Assembly: GCA_964529445.1 (NCBI GenBank)
Contig: CAZGWJ010000003.1
Coordinates: forward strand, 5,592-69,591
Length of the DNA stretch: 64,000 nucleotides
Direction: 5' to 3'
Origin: an uncultured bacterium
Lineage (GTDB): Bacteria > Oederibacteriota > Muellerivitia > Muellerivitales > Muellerivitaceae
Part shown: positions 19,371-29,100 of the stretch, piece by piece
Layout: each line of letters begins with the position of its first letter
Numbering within the stretch: the stretch's first letter is position 1
Notes under the pieces: generated by a model
What the model was told of the DNA's origin: nothing
The model's database searches: none
Seen by the model: the letters and a program-made list of their open reading frames with translations, nothing else
Translations under genes and position numbers: made by a program

Positions 19371-20531
19371 TTATCCGTTGCCAAGCACCATGATTCGTTC
19401 CCTATCCAAAGGAAGCTCATATACTCTCCGGTCGTTGCGTGACACTTTCTTGCCCTGGAAATCCAGGTAATGGGCCAGATCCGGAAATTGCTCCTCGATC
19501 TTCTTCTTAAGTCTCGACATTACAGGGCGCCAATTCTGAGCGTTGCGGATACTTTTCACCCACTCCTCATCCGTAAACATCCCCTTCCCCATAGCGAGTC
19601 TCTTGAGAATCGTCATATCTCTATCGTCAAAATCGATTTCCGCGTCCGGATCACCGCTGGGCGCGCTTAAAGCACAACCCCGCTTATGGCACGTAGCGCA
19701 GTTTTCAGCTTTGGGCTTGGTCGGGCATAGCTTATATCTGAACTTTCGTTCCGCCATGATCGCCAACCACCACAATTCACGCGGAGCGGCATCGAGTTCC
19801 TGGCCATTGATCGTTATCAAGTGTTGCTTATCGTCGAAATTAACAACAAGTCGAGGGGCTTCCAGTGCCTCGTTTAGCGCCGGAAATACTTTTCTCAGCG
19901 GCTTGTTCAGCAAGTCCTTCCGCGATCTCATAATGGTGTTTCTAAGTCTCGGGAACGGGACTTCGAACAGGTTTGTCCAATTCGCTTCTTTGGGCTTGTT
20001 TACGCGGGGATAGAACCAATTTGGGATCGAGTTGATCTTTGCTTCAGGACCGTTCAACAGGACATGAAACAGCTCGTCTTGCGGTCGTGCGTACACGGTC
20101 ATCCCAAGGATCATGTAGGCTGACATGGTCTTGCGCCCCCCCGCCAGCAGGACATGAAGGTCTACGTCGTCCTGGGCGGTCCAATAGCGCATCCTTTCGG
20201 CGATAGCCTCCTCCATAATCTCGTTGTCGTCCTTGTTGTCCAGGTTCCTGCTTTTCATCCCGCCAGGTATCCTCACAGTCGCCCTGGAGAATTCGGGCCT
20301 GGGGATCTTCTTGGAAGACAGCCTGTATTCCGAATACAGCTTTTCAACAGGGTTCTTCTTGGGATCAAGGAAGCCACGCTCCTCCATACGGGCGAGACCC
20401 GATGCGGTCGTGAGGACTTCGATAAGATGAATGGGCTTCTTTCTCTTGATCCAAAATTCGTACAGGGCATTTGTCAAGACCTGAGGTGTCATGCCCATTC
20501 CAGCAAGTAGGACATTTCGTCTAGCGGTCAT
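19371..20531 (-). CDS. CARF-domain protein (Cas_NE0113-like) with a C-terminal Cys-cluster / winged-helix-like region
   Basis: The N-terminus VLLAGMGMTPQVLTNALYEF and the second motif HVLLAGGRKTMSAYMILGMTVY match the two CARF signature motifs of the NE0113 family. The C-terminal CPTKPKAENCATCHKRGC resembles a zinc ribbon. Overlaps the upstream gene by 11 bp. Confidence 0.6.
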   Translation of the reverse strand: MTARRNVLLAGMGMTPQVLTNALYEFWIKRKKPIHLIEVLTTASGLARMEERGFLDPKKNPVEKLYSEYRLSSKKIPRPEFSRATVRIPGGMKSRNLDNKDDNEIMEEAIAERMRYWTAQDDVDLHVLLAGGRKTMSAYMILGMTVYARPQDELFHVLLNGPEAKINSIPNWFYPRVNKPKEANWTNLFEVPFPRLRNTIMRSRKDLLNKPLRKVFPALNEALEAPRLVVNFDDKQHLITINGQELDAAPRELWWLAIMAERKFRYKLCPTKPKAENCATCHKRGCALSAPSGDPDAEIDFDDRDMTILKRLAMGKGMFTDEEWVKSIRNAQNWRPVMSRLKKKIEEQFPDLAHYLDFQGKKVSRNDRRVYELPLDRERIMVLGNG

Positions 20532-21993
20532 TCTTCATCCCCTCGACGTCGTCGATCGTCTTCTTGAGAAGCTCGAGATTCTCGCCAAGATCCCTTTTAA
20601 ACTTGGCGGGTTCACGCATGATGATCGACAGGGACTCTTTGGAACAAAGATTCCTGAACTTCCTCAATCGGTGCATTCTCTCACGCAATCCTGGGCTGAA
20701 ACCCGCCTTGCCGAGTGCGCCGATGAAATCCATCTGGAAATCCTTGCGTTCGCGGCTATCCAATGGAACGTTGAACCGCACCGAGCACCAATTCAGAAGA
20801 TAGAAGAAAGTGTACTCATAGTAACGCGCGGCAAGAATCAGCTGATCGTGCTTATACTCGGCATTCGCGTTATTGAGTGCAACACGCATTAGATGCGAGG
20901 CCTCCGCCGAAGTGATCTTGACACGAGCAGCCTCGAAAGTCGTTCGCACAAGGTGTCGCCATTTCGAGATCGTCGGTTGGACATCCTCTACCGATTCCCA
21001 TATCTGCAGATTCGCCTTCTGGACTAGATTTTCGGCGAACGAGTGGATATCACCCTTCATTTTCGGATAAGCTTCTTGCTGTAAATACCGTAAAGTACTC
21101 GACTCGACCACGCCGACAACTTCAACTGCCTTATCCTGCAATTTTCTGATCTCCTTTTTCTTATCAAAGAGCGCTTTTAATAGCGTGCCAACAGCGACAA
21201 CCAGCATGGCTGGCGGGAAGAAATGCGCACTCGCCCAAGCCAGAGTATGCCAGCCCATCGCCAGAACAACGGTTCCCCCAGCAGCCGCCAGTGCACCCTT
21301 GGTCGCGAAATCGACCGTATCATTCCAATCCAACCTGATCCCCTGCAACTTAACGGTTCCTTTGAGCCCAGTGTCCCAGTCTTTCGCAACGAAAGAGTTC
21401 CAGTCCTTGGCAATTTTCACAGCTGTTTCATTTATGGCCGTCTGGACAGCAACCCTGACTTGTTCCTCGCCGACATGTCGTACTAAGATTCTTGTCAGGA
21501 AATTGTCTGGGATTCTTTCTTTTTGTTTGCTAAATTTCGACTTTATGAACCGCCAAGCATTGCTAACGGTTTCTCCCATCTCACCAACAATGCTGTATTC
21601 CTTCTCAATATCTTGGCAAATCGACACCCTGCAGACATCGAAGTATCCAGCAACATGATGAATAAGATGATCGTAACTGTCCTTAAGGATCTCTTCCCTT
21701 TTTTCTATGATCTTATCCGTCATACCCTTAAGGGAGATCTCGCGCTTTTCAATCTCAACCATCAACTCACCCAAATACTCGATGCGGCCCTTTGCGTCAT
21801 CCGGTGCGGTTTTCTTGAAGAAGGGCAGATCGACGGGTATGAGTGCGTAGTCGACACGCGCCATGATCCGGTCAAGTTCGCGCTGGCGAGCCGCTTCCTT
21901 GGATTCGGTGGATCTGAATATATTGATGAACTTGGAAAACGTTTTTCGTAGAGAGGACAAGAGATTTCCGAACCATTGAAACATCGGAAACAC
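20521..21993 (-). CDS. Hypothetical membrane-associated protein
   Basis: About 490 aa with a central hydrophobic hairpin, GGTVVLAMGWHTLAWASAHFFPPAMLVVAVGTLL. Start is a GTG at 21993 or an ATG at 21984. Confidence 0.5.
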   Translation of the reverse strand: MFPMFQWFGNLLSSLRKTFSKFINIFRSTESKEAARQRELDRIMARVDYALIPVDLPFFKKTAPDDAKGRIEYLGELMVEIEKREISLKGMTDKIIEKREEILKDSYDHLIHHVAGYFDVCRVSICQDIEKEYSIVGEMGETVSNAWRFIKSKFSKQKERIPDNFLTRILVRHVGEEQVRVAVQTAINETAVKIAKDWNSFVAKDWDTGLKGTVKLQGIRLDWNDTVDFATKGALAAAGGTVVLAMGWHTLAWASAHFFPPAMLVVAVGTLLKALFDKKKEIRKLQDKAVEVVGVVESSTLRYLQQEAYPKMKGDIHSFAENLVQKANLQIWESVEDVQPTISKWRHLVRTTFEAARVKITSAEASHLMRVALNNANAEYKHDQLILAARYYEYTFFYLLNWCSVRFNVPLDSRERKDFQMDFIGALGKAGFSPGLRERMHRLRKFRNLCSKESLSIIMREPAKFKRDLGENLELLKKTIDDVEGMKNDR

Positions 21994-22080
21994 TCCCTGA
22001 GAGGATTGAATCGGCGAGGGGATAAGTTGGATTATTATTGTATAACCTTCCCTCCATTCGGGTGAAGGATAAAGCCTTAA

Positions 22081-22995
22081 CTAACTCTCCATGTGCCTCC
22101 AACTGCGGCCCCAATCCACCTCGCCTTCCACGAATTCCTCGTAGGTCTTTAAGCCCTTGTCACCTTCCATAAGCATTCGGAGCCCCATCGCCGCCGGGAT
22201 CGAGATGAAGCCGGTTCCCGTGAGCATGAAAACCCCCTGCCCCACCAAACTGGCCACGGCGATCTTTCCTCCGCGGGACCCCAGTTCATTCATTTCGATG
22301 GGCTTGCCTTTATAAGCGGCCATGAGGGTCTCAAGCGCCAGAAGGGACCATCCCAGGAACGGTAAATGAAGGGTGGTGGCCGTTGAAGCCTGATCCACCG
22401 CGCCGTCCACTGTCCCCTGAAGATCGTCCATTTCAATGGGTACCGCTTGGACATCCCCTGCCAGACCTGCGGCCTCGACGGAGTCCCCCATTTCGTTGGG
22501 AACAATGACGTCAATATCGGGATTCTGCTCGATGGCGTGTTTGGCCGACTCCAGACTGGTCGAGGCCTTGGCCTGGAGTACTTGGTTCACATTGCCATCA
22601 TCGTCCTTGATGAGGATGTCATATCCGGGTTGGTTGGCATTTTCAGCCAACTCCGCATGGAGACCGTCCGGAAGATGGCCATCGTTCAGATGCTCAACGT
22701 ACTGGGTCTCGAAAAGCTTGCCCTTCACTCCGCTCACTAACCCCCGGATCTCATCGTGATCGCCCTGGTGTTCACGAACCGCCTCCACAAATCCCTTTTC
22801 GGCGGCCATGTCGGGGTATTGAAGACGGTATGCCTCGATCACTTCGGGGGCGATATTGGAATCGGAAACCCGGCCGAAGAGGATGTCCGCCACCGACTGG
22901 CCGCCGACGTAGAGGCTGTCAGTGCGGGCGACGGGGCTTTGGATGCCGGCTTTCAGGCGTTTTTTGAGGTTTTCAAGGTACGGGTTCATGGGCAC
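22081..22995 (-). CDS. Mrr-like PD-(D/E)xK nuclease domain protein with a C-terminal transmembrane segment
   Basis: GKLFETQYVEHLNDGHL...PGYDILIKDDDGNVNQVLQAKAS matches the E...D(I/L)...Q-x-K pattern of the Mrr catalytic domain. The C-terminal stretch IAVASLVGQGVFMLTGTGFISIPAAMGL is hydrophobic. Confidence 0.45.
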   Translation of the reverse strand: MPMNPYLENLKKRLKAGIQSPVARTDSLYVGGQSVADILFGRVSDSNIAPEVIEAYRLQYPDMAAEKGFVEAVREHQGDHDEIRGLVSGVKGKLFETQYVEHLNDGHLPDGLHAELAENANQPGYDILIKDDDGNVNQVLQAKASTSLESAKHAIEQNPDIDVIVPNEMGDSVEAAGLAGDVQAVPIEMDDLQGTVDGAVDQASTATTLHLPFLGWSLLALETLMAAYKGKPIEMNELGSRGGKIAVASLVGQGVFMLTGTGFISIPAAMGLRMLMEGDKGLKTYEEFVEGEVDWGRSWRHMES

Positions 22996-23174
22996 CTCCA
23001 GCTGAAATGAGGAATTAGCCCTGTACCAGAGCTGCTACGCACCACGGTACAGGGTTCCAGGGAGAAGGTTTTAGCAAGGACACCTCACTCAACACAGACT
23101 TCAACAAACTGAGATCACCACGTCGCCTAAACCAGCCCTATCGGGCTTGCTCCTCGTGATGACGGCGAAGGTCG

Positions 23175-23459
23175 TCACTTCAGAAGCACAACTACCAGGG
23201 CCGCAACGGACAGGACACAGGAGGCGAACGCGGCGACGGTCAGGATTCGGACTCGAACGAAGGCCGCCTGGAGACCGAGATTGCCCTCCCGCAGGTTGTC
23301 GTAGAGCCGCTCCACGTTCTCCAAGCGATCCGCGTAAGCGTGCAGGACCTGGGAATATTCCAACAACGCCCGATCCGTCGCATCGTTGCGGGTCTTGCCG
23401 GTGACGTCGTCCACGCGCTTTTTCACGGCCACAGCCGCTTTCTTGATCATGTCCAACAT
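23175..23459 (-). CDS. Small C-terminally membrane-anchored protein
   Basis: 94 aa with the C-terminal helix ILTVAAFASCVLSVAALVVVLL. Confidence 0.35.
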   Translation of the reverse strand: MLDMIKKAAVAVKKRVDDVTGKTRNDATDRALLEYSQVLHAYADRLENVERLYDNLREGNLGLQAAFVRVRILTVAAFASCVLSVAALVVVLLK

Positions 23460-23658
23460 GGTATGCTCCCCGTTCTTTTTTTAATTGATCATGTACTCCA
23501 TGATCGTATCGTCGCCCTCATCGTAATCTTCGTCCTCTTCCGGAAATGGATACCCGCATTCAGAGTCTTCCGAGGCATCCACTCCCGGATCCTGGTTTTG
23601 GCCGTTTTCCCTGCCAGGTCCGTCGTTTCGCGCATGCGTCATCAGGCCCTCCTCGCTG

Positions 23659-24006
23659 TCACTTCACCCTGACCCAGCAGATGCCAAGGTTGTACCGGTT
23701 GAGGTCCCGATCCTTCCGCAGATCCGGGAACAACCGGAACCACTGCAAGTACAGCGGATTGAAGATCTCCCACTTCTCCCCCGGGATCCATTCCAACACC
23801 ACTCCCTGCTTCTGCAGGGCCGGCATGGCCTGGGGCAGGTGACGCCGGATCGCGCCACCCTTCCCGTGGGAACCCCACCCCGTAATGACCTTCACGAACC
23901 GGACGCCACGCATCTTTGCCGCGGCCAGATTCACCTTCAGCTTTCGCAAGGCCTCCTCCACGGTGGGATATCCCTGCTCAAGGTTGAGGATCTCAGTATC
24001 GGTCAT
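23659..24006 (-). CDS. Smr (small MutS-related) domain protein
   Basis: LNLEQGYPTVEEALRKLKVNLAAAKMRGVRFVKVITGWGSHGKGGAIRRHLPQAMPAL fits the Smr pattern LDLHG..V.EAL..L...L......G...V.IITGKG. Confidence 0.6.
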   Translation of the reverse strand: MTDTEILNLEQGYPTVEEALRKLKVNLAAAKMRGVRFVKVITGWGSHGKGGAIRRHLPQAMPALQKQGVVLEWIPGEKWEIFNPLYLQWFRLFPDLRKDRDLNRYNLGICWVRVK

Positions 24007-24025
24007 GAAGCACCCCTTTCCCGTC

Positions 24026-24313
24026 TCAGTTCACGTGCAATTTCGGCTGCTGATTCGGAAAATCCCTATAAAACGACACGAAGGCGCGAACCCTCGCCTC
24101 GTGTTCGGCGATCTGCTCCTCGGACAACGGCTGGATGTGCGGGCCGCACTCGATCCCATAGAAGTATTCCTCGAGTTCCTCGGCGCGCTGCTCCGCGCGA
24201 TCCTGGACGTCGGACACAATGTCCTCGTAGAAAGCGCCATCCGTTTCGTCAAAGTCGGGCTCGTAGTCGAACCCGCCGTCCCAATCGGATCCGTCGTATT
24301 CAACGTGTTGCAT
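24026..24313 (-). CDS. Small acidic hypothetical protein
   Basis: Start chosen at MQHVEYDGSDWDGG (ATG 24311-24313). Its stop overlaps the upstream gene by 4 bp. Confidence 0.35.
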   Translation of the reverse strand: MQHVEYDGSDWDGGFDYEPDFDETDGAFYEDIVSDVQDRAEQRAEELEEYFYGIECGPHIQPLSEEQIAEHEARVRAFVSFYRDFPNQQPKLHVN

Positions 24314-24396
24314 GGAATTCCTCCCAATACATCGACCTGCCACTACACCCCTCACCCTGCCCTCTCCCCCAAGGGGCGAGGGAAAGGAAACAACTT

Positions 24397-25218
24397 TCAA
24401 CGTGCTTCATCGCCGCCTCCCTCACCCAAATCCTCGTCCGTCGTCTCGTAGATGTTCAGCATCCAAGGCATCCCCGGTTTCATGCGCGCCCACATGTCCC
24501 ATCCGTGTCGGGGCGTGAGCACCCCTTCCCGCCAAGCCCATCGCACGAACCCCAGGCAATTCACCCATCCGGAACCCCACGCCGAAAGCCCCATCAAGGC
24601 ATGCATCCAGGCCCGGTAGGGTTCTTCCGCCGGTGTGAGATCGGCCACGATGAGGTCCTTGATCTCCTTCGGAGCATCCGGCCCCGGTCCTTCAAAGACG
24701 GTCATCCTCATCTGGTCGGGCATCCCATTCATCAGCCAAACGCAAAACGTCGCGAAGGCCTTCGCGGAAGCGTCCTGGTCCGCCTGGGCCAGGGTCACGG
24801 TCGGCCCGATCCTGCGGGACGGGTCGTAGCACATCCACTTCGTCATCGGGGTTTCCTGCAGCATGAAGGGTGTCATGCCCAGGGTGGACCAGAGCAAACC
24901 GCATTCGTAATTCATCTTGGATTCGCCCTTCTCGTCCATCACGAACTTCGCCACGTTCGAGGCCGAGATCTGCTCCTTCCCCTGGGGGAGTACCAATTTC
25001 CGGAGGGTCTCCTGGATGCTCAGAGGTCCCATTTCCTTGATCTTCCCGACCGCGTGCTCCAGGACTTCCTGGCCGGCCATGAGAAAGGGGGGTATTTCCA
25101 CCCCTCTTAACACCCCGCTCTCGTCCGGCCCAAATTCCAGCTCCCCCTGGGGTTCCGGTTGAACTTCACCTTCCCCGGGCATCGGGCCGTCCTGCTTCTT
25201 TTCTTCCTGCTCGCTCAA
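24397..25218 (-). CDS. Hypothetical protein
   Basis: 273-aa ORF, translationally coupled with both flanking genes. Confidence 0.45.
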   Translation of the reverse strand: MSEQEEKKQDGPMPGEGEVQPEPQGELEFGPDESGVLRGVEIPPFLMAGQEVLEHAVGKIKEMGPLSIQETLRKLVLPQGKEQISASNVAKFVMDEKGESKMNYECGLLWSTLGMTPFMLQETPMTKWMCYDPSRRIGPTVTLAQADQDASAKAFATFCVWLMNGMPDQMRMTVFEGPGPDAPKEIKDLIVADLTPAEEPYRAWMHALMGLSAWGSGWVNCLGFVRWAWREGVLTPRHGWDMWARMKPGMPWMLNIYETTDEDLGEGGGDEAR

Positions 25219-26120
25219 GCCATCCCTCCGATCATCCGCACCGTTTCGATCAGCGTCCCCATCACGAACCCGCCGATCGCACCGTTCACGCGGATCCAGT
25301 CCAGATGGGTCTTCGCCTTGCGCTCCACCATGAGGCGGACATCATCCGCCGTCAGGGTGTCGAGGTTCTTCTTCACGACTTCCCCCACCTTGATGTGGGA
25401 GAAAAGCGCCTCCACCATGGCTTCCCTCAGTTCCTCCTCCATCTCCGGCGTGAGTAGATGGTTCAACAGGCGCCTGGTTTCCACGGCCAGGGCGCCCCTG
25501 AGATCCCCGGTCCGGGTGGCGCCGTCCATGGCACCGGCCGCCGCCTCGAAAACCAAGCTCCGGATCTTGGCCGGTAGTTCCAATCCCCGGACAACGCCCT
25601 GTCCCACCTCGACGATACTGACGACCTTCAAGGGTTCCGGCCAAGTCTCGAACCAGCGTCCGAATGCCGCGTCCACCTCTCGCTCCACGAACCCCGCGGT
25701 GGCCGGGTCCTGCAACCTTTCCCCCGCCGTGCGCAGGAGGTGTTCCTCCAGCCGTGATTGAACCCTTGATGAGAGCAACATCCCTTCCAAGACTTCCCTC
25801 ATCGGGGCCGCCAAATGCACCTCCTGCAGGTGCCGCCTCACGGCCTCGGGAGTGAACCACTCCCTCTCCACCATCCCCGCGATGTCCTCGCAGATGGCTT
25901 CCTTGTTGCGAGGGATGACCCCCGAGAAGGGGATCCACCATTTGCGTTCGAACACCATGACCACCGCCATCCAATCGACCAGGGTGCCGATCGTTCCCGC
26001 CACTGCCCCAGCACACAAGATACGGGAAGCCACGGACATACTCGTCGAGGCCCAAACGACTGCCGAAACCGCGAGGATCGGCATCAGGATCGTGACGAAG
26101 ACAGCCTTGTCGATCCTCAT
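25215..26120 (-). CDS. DUF445-like membrane protein
   Basis: Start at MRIDKAVFVTILMPILAVSAVVW. The overall pattern is an N-terminal TM followed by ...NGAIGGFVMGTLIE, loosely resembling the DUF445/YheB family. Confidence 0.4.
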   Translation of the reverse strand: MRIDKAVFVTILMPILAVSAVVWASTSMSVASRILCAGAVAGTIGTLVDWMAVVMVFERKWWIPFSGVIPRNKEAICEDIAGMVEREWFTPEAVRRHLQEVHLAAPMREVLEGMLLSSRVQSRLEEHLLRTAGERLQDPATAGFVEREVDAAFGRWFETWPEPLKVVSIVEVGQGVVRGLELPAKIRSLVFEAAAGAMDGATRTGDLRGALAVETRRLLNHLLTPEMEEELREAMVEALFSHIKVGEVVKKNLDTLTADDVRLMVERKAKTHLDWIRVNGAIGGFVMGTLIETVRMIGGMA

Positions 26121-26305
26121 CGTCCGTTTCCTTTCCGGTCCGCTTCCTTCACATCTTCCAAGGCCTGCTTGACCCGCAAGGCCAATCCTTGGACCACACC
26201 CGTTTGGATCACCTTGTAGGCGGCATAAAACCCCATGCATGTCATGAACCCCCCGACGAATGCGCTGATCATGTCTTCCTCCTTGTTCTTCGGATCCCTA
26301 TCTCT

Positions 26306-26911
26306 TTACTCGGCCCCTTTTTCCCCCATGGCCTTCTTGTAGTTCACGACCTCAAAGATGATCTCGGCCACCCGATGCAGGAAGGGGACCCTGAGGAAGG
26401 TCTCCTCCGTGTTCGCGAGGTAGTGCATGGTCAGGTCGTGGTTGCCGATCTCCCGGAGGCGCTCGGCGATGAGGTACCAATGGGCGTCGTTCCCGGGGCG
26501 GCCACAGGCGATCAGCCATTGGGCCCCCGCCTGGAACATGTCTGCGTTCTTGGCTTCCAGGATCAGGGTGAAGCCATGGGACCCCTGGATGAAGGGGTTG
26601 CCGCCCAAGCTGGCCTCTTCCATGAGGACCATGGCTCTCTCCACATCCTTCTCGCACCCGATCCCCTCGAGGAAGGACTCCGCCTGGCAGGGCTTGTTAC
26701 CCAGCCCCTTACCCTTGAGGATCCATTTCTGGTAGGTGGGAAGGTCCTGCCGGACCCCGTATCCCAACTCGTAGCAAAGCCCGATGGTGTAGCAGGCGTC
26801 CCCGTGGCCAGCCTCGGCCGCCTGCTCGAACAGGATCGCGGCATTCTCGTAATCGAACTTCTCGTACGACACGCAACCTCTTCGGTATGTCTCGTCGGCG
26901 GTTCCCACCAT
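26306..26911 (-). CDS. Sel1-repeat (TPR-like) protein
   Basis: Sel1-like repeats: AAEAGHGDACYTIGLCYELGYGVRQD, LGNKPCQAESFLEGIGCEKD, EASLGGNPFIQGSHGF. Confidence 0.55.
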   Translation of the reverse strand: MVGTADETYRRGCVSYEKFDYENAAILFEQAAEAGHGDACYTIGLCYELGYGVRQDLPTYQKWILKGKGLGNKPCQAESFLEGIGCEKDVERAMVLMEEASLGGNPFIQGSHGFTLILEAKNADMFQAGAQWLIACGRPGNDAHWYLIAERLREIGNHDLTMHYLANTEETFLRVPFLHRVAEIIFEVVNYKKAMGEKGAE

Positions 26912-27236
26912 GATCGCCTCCCGTTCGTTTTGCCTTCGTGATGTATTGAACCACTGCGCCGACCGGTTCGGGTGCTCCGCAATATTTTCATTTTTTTGCA
27001 ATATTGCAGTCGGACGGGACCAACCCGGATTTGGGTATGCTTTCCTCTAGAACCTGAACGGGGGTGTCCAATGGGACTTGTCAACGCGCTCTACAAACTG
27101 GCCCGTCTGGCCAACGACGTGAAGACTGTGGCCAGCCTGAATCCCAAGCGGATCTTGCGCCGGTTCGTGGTGAACAAATTCATCGGCCGCAACGTGGCCT
27201 CACGTCTTTATATGAAGGGGCCCCGGGGAGGCGCCC

Positions 27237-28349
27237 GTGACCCCCGCTGAAGCCCGAGGAATCCTCGATATACCAACGGGAGAGCCCCTCACGCCGGATT
27301 CGCTGAAAACGGCCTTCCGGAAGGCAGCCATGACGGCCCACCCCGACAAGGGCGGCAGCGTGCAGGCCTTCCTGAGGGTTCAGGCGGCCTATGAGTTCCT
27401 GATGAAGACTGGCGGGGCCGGGGTTCCCGACGGCGCTGTCTGGACCGAGACACCCGAGGAACTGGAGCAGCGCCTACAGGAGATCTCCCAGGCCTTCGAA
27501 CGGATCGCCCGAGGCCTCGGCGATAAGTTCGGGGATTCTTTCAACGACCTGGCCCAGAACCTGGCTACCGGCATGGAAAGCTTGGATTCACCAGCCAAGA
27601 TCGAGCGTGAATGGCCCAACGTGGTCCAGAGGGGATGGCATATCCACTGCACCGAGATGAATAACCACATCCGTACCCAGGTCGAGGACATCGCCAATGC
27701 CTTCGATGCATGGCTGGTATCGGAGATGCGGTTCAGCGTTCGATTGGCAAAAGCGCATTTCTTGAGGATGTTCTGGAGAAGGCCGCCGTTTTACCTGATC
27801 TGGCTGGGGCTGTTCGGCATATCTGGCGTCCTGCTCATTCAGCGCGCTTCAGTCAACATCACGGACCTTCCCCTCATGGCAGGATTGGGTGCCGCTACTT
27901 TGGGCCTATCAATCGCAAGCCACCTGATCTACTCCGAATCCAAGTTCACCGAAAGGGGTTTTCTGCCCCGGATGGCGGATCACTCATCAGCCCTGGACCA
28001 CGGTTATTTCCATTATTCGGTCAGCGGGGTAACCAGCACGGACGAGGCGGCCGGCGCAGGTCTTATTGGGGGCGCCGTGACAGGGGCCATCTTCGGAGGC
28101 CCCATCGGAGCCATCATTGGAGGGGTGCTCGGGGGGGTATTTGGTTCCCTGTTCGGGACTCCCATCGAGGAGATCCAAAAGAAGGTCTACGAGAACACGA
28201 TGGAGCGGATCGTGCCTATCGCGGACGGGATGTTCGAGGACCTGGTCGAACGAATTACGACGTTGCGCAATGAATACCTGAAGCAGGCACGGGAGAATTA
28301 CGAGAAAGCCTCCCGAAATGCCGTCGGCCTTTTAACATCATCGTCCTAG
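27237..28349 (+). CDS. J-domain (DnaJ-like) membrane protein with a Gly-rich C-terminal region
   Basis: LKTAFRKAAMTAHPDKGGS carries the HPD motif of J domains. Two TM helices (FYLIWLGLFGISGVLLI, LMAGLGAATLGLSIA) and a GxxxG-rich tail. GTG start. Confidence 0.55.
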   Translation: MTPAEARGILDIPTGEPLTPDSLKTAFRKAAMTAHPDKGGSVQAFLRVQAAYEFLMKTGGAGVPDGAVWTETPEELEQRLQEISQAFERIARGLGDKFGDSFNDLAQNLATGMESLDSPAKIEREWPNVVQRGWHIHCTEMNNHIRTQVEDIANAFDAWLVSEMRFSVRLAKAHFLRMFWRRPPFYLIWLGLFGISGVLLIQRASVNITDLPLMAGLGAATLGLSIASHLIYSESKFTERGFLPRMADHSSALDHGYFHYSVSGVTSTDEAAGAGLIGGAVTGAIFGGPIGAIIGGVLGGVFGSLFGTPIEEIQKKVYENTMERIVPIADGMFEDLVERITTLRNEYLKQARENYEKASRNAVGLLTSSS

Positions 28350-28691
28350 TTTATATGCGGTATATACATCGTGTTATTAACATCGCCATGCTTTTTACAC
28401 CACAATAATTGATCGCACCCGCAGTACTATCAGTTCTTCTACCCGGCCATCATTACCAAATATCCTTTCTCAATAGGTGATTGAGTCTCATATCGCCCAG
28501 ATGACTTTACGACGCAAATATCCCAGTTATGCCCGGTCGCGTTCATGTGTCCGCTTCCTCACAAAGGTTCCTTCCGCATAGCAGTATTTTCATATAATGG
28601 CCCAACCAAAGGGGCGGATCATCCCATTCCTTATTCACCATGATCGCCGTGCCGCATCATCGCCCCTACGGTCAGCACTACTCAAAGGTTC

Positions 28692-29075
28692 ATGACCATG
28701 AAAATCAATTATGGCTACCCGGATACCGTACTGGACCGCGAGACCCTTATTCGTCTCATCGAATATCTCGAGTCACAATCTCCAAATATATCCTGCCGTG
28801 CGTTCTTCGAGGATTTCCACTTTGTTTTCCGTTGGTTCAAACCCGACGGCCAACGCGGAGAGTGGACTATCCAAATCTTCGTCCGCGATTACGTGGCTCC
28901 ACATTTCGGACTTGGCAGTCTTGCTATGTCAGCCTTTAGCGCTTGCTGTTTAATGTTTCTGCGGGAGCACGCTATCGATTACGAGAGAGATCCCGGCGTT
29001 GTAACTCATTGGAGTGAGCGTCTTGTATTGTTAGGCCTGATTCCAGACGGTATCCCACGTCTCCGACCGGCCTGA
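28692..29075 (+). CDS. Hypothetical protein
   Basis: 127-aa ORF with ATG at 28692. No motif recognised. Confidence 0.4.
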   Translation: MTMKINYGYPDTVLDRETLIRLIEYLESQSPNISCRAFFEDFHFVFRWFKPDGQRGEWTIQIFVRDYVAPHFGLGSLAMSAFSACCLMFLREHAIDYERDPGVVTHWSERLVLLGLIPDGIPRLRPA

Positions 29076-29100
29076 TGCAGATTGGCGGGCGCAGACCTGA

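Noticed and set aside
19371-20531. Calling the island a CRISPR-Cas locus because of the CARF (Cas_NE0113-like) protein
   Set aside because: No cas1, cas2, cas10 or Cas effector genes and no repeat-spacer array anywhere in the 64 kb. The CARF protein is treated as a stand-alone sensor.
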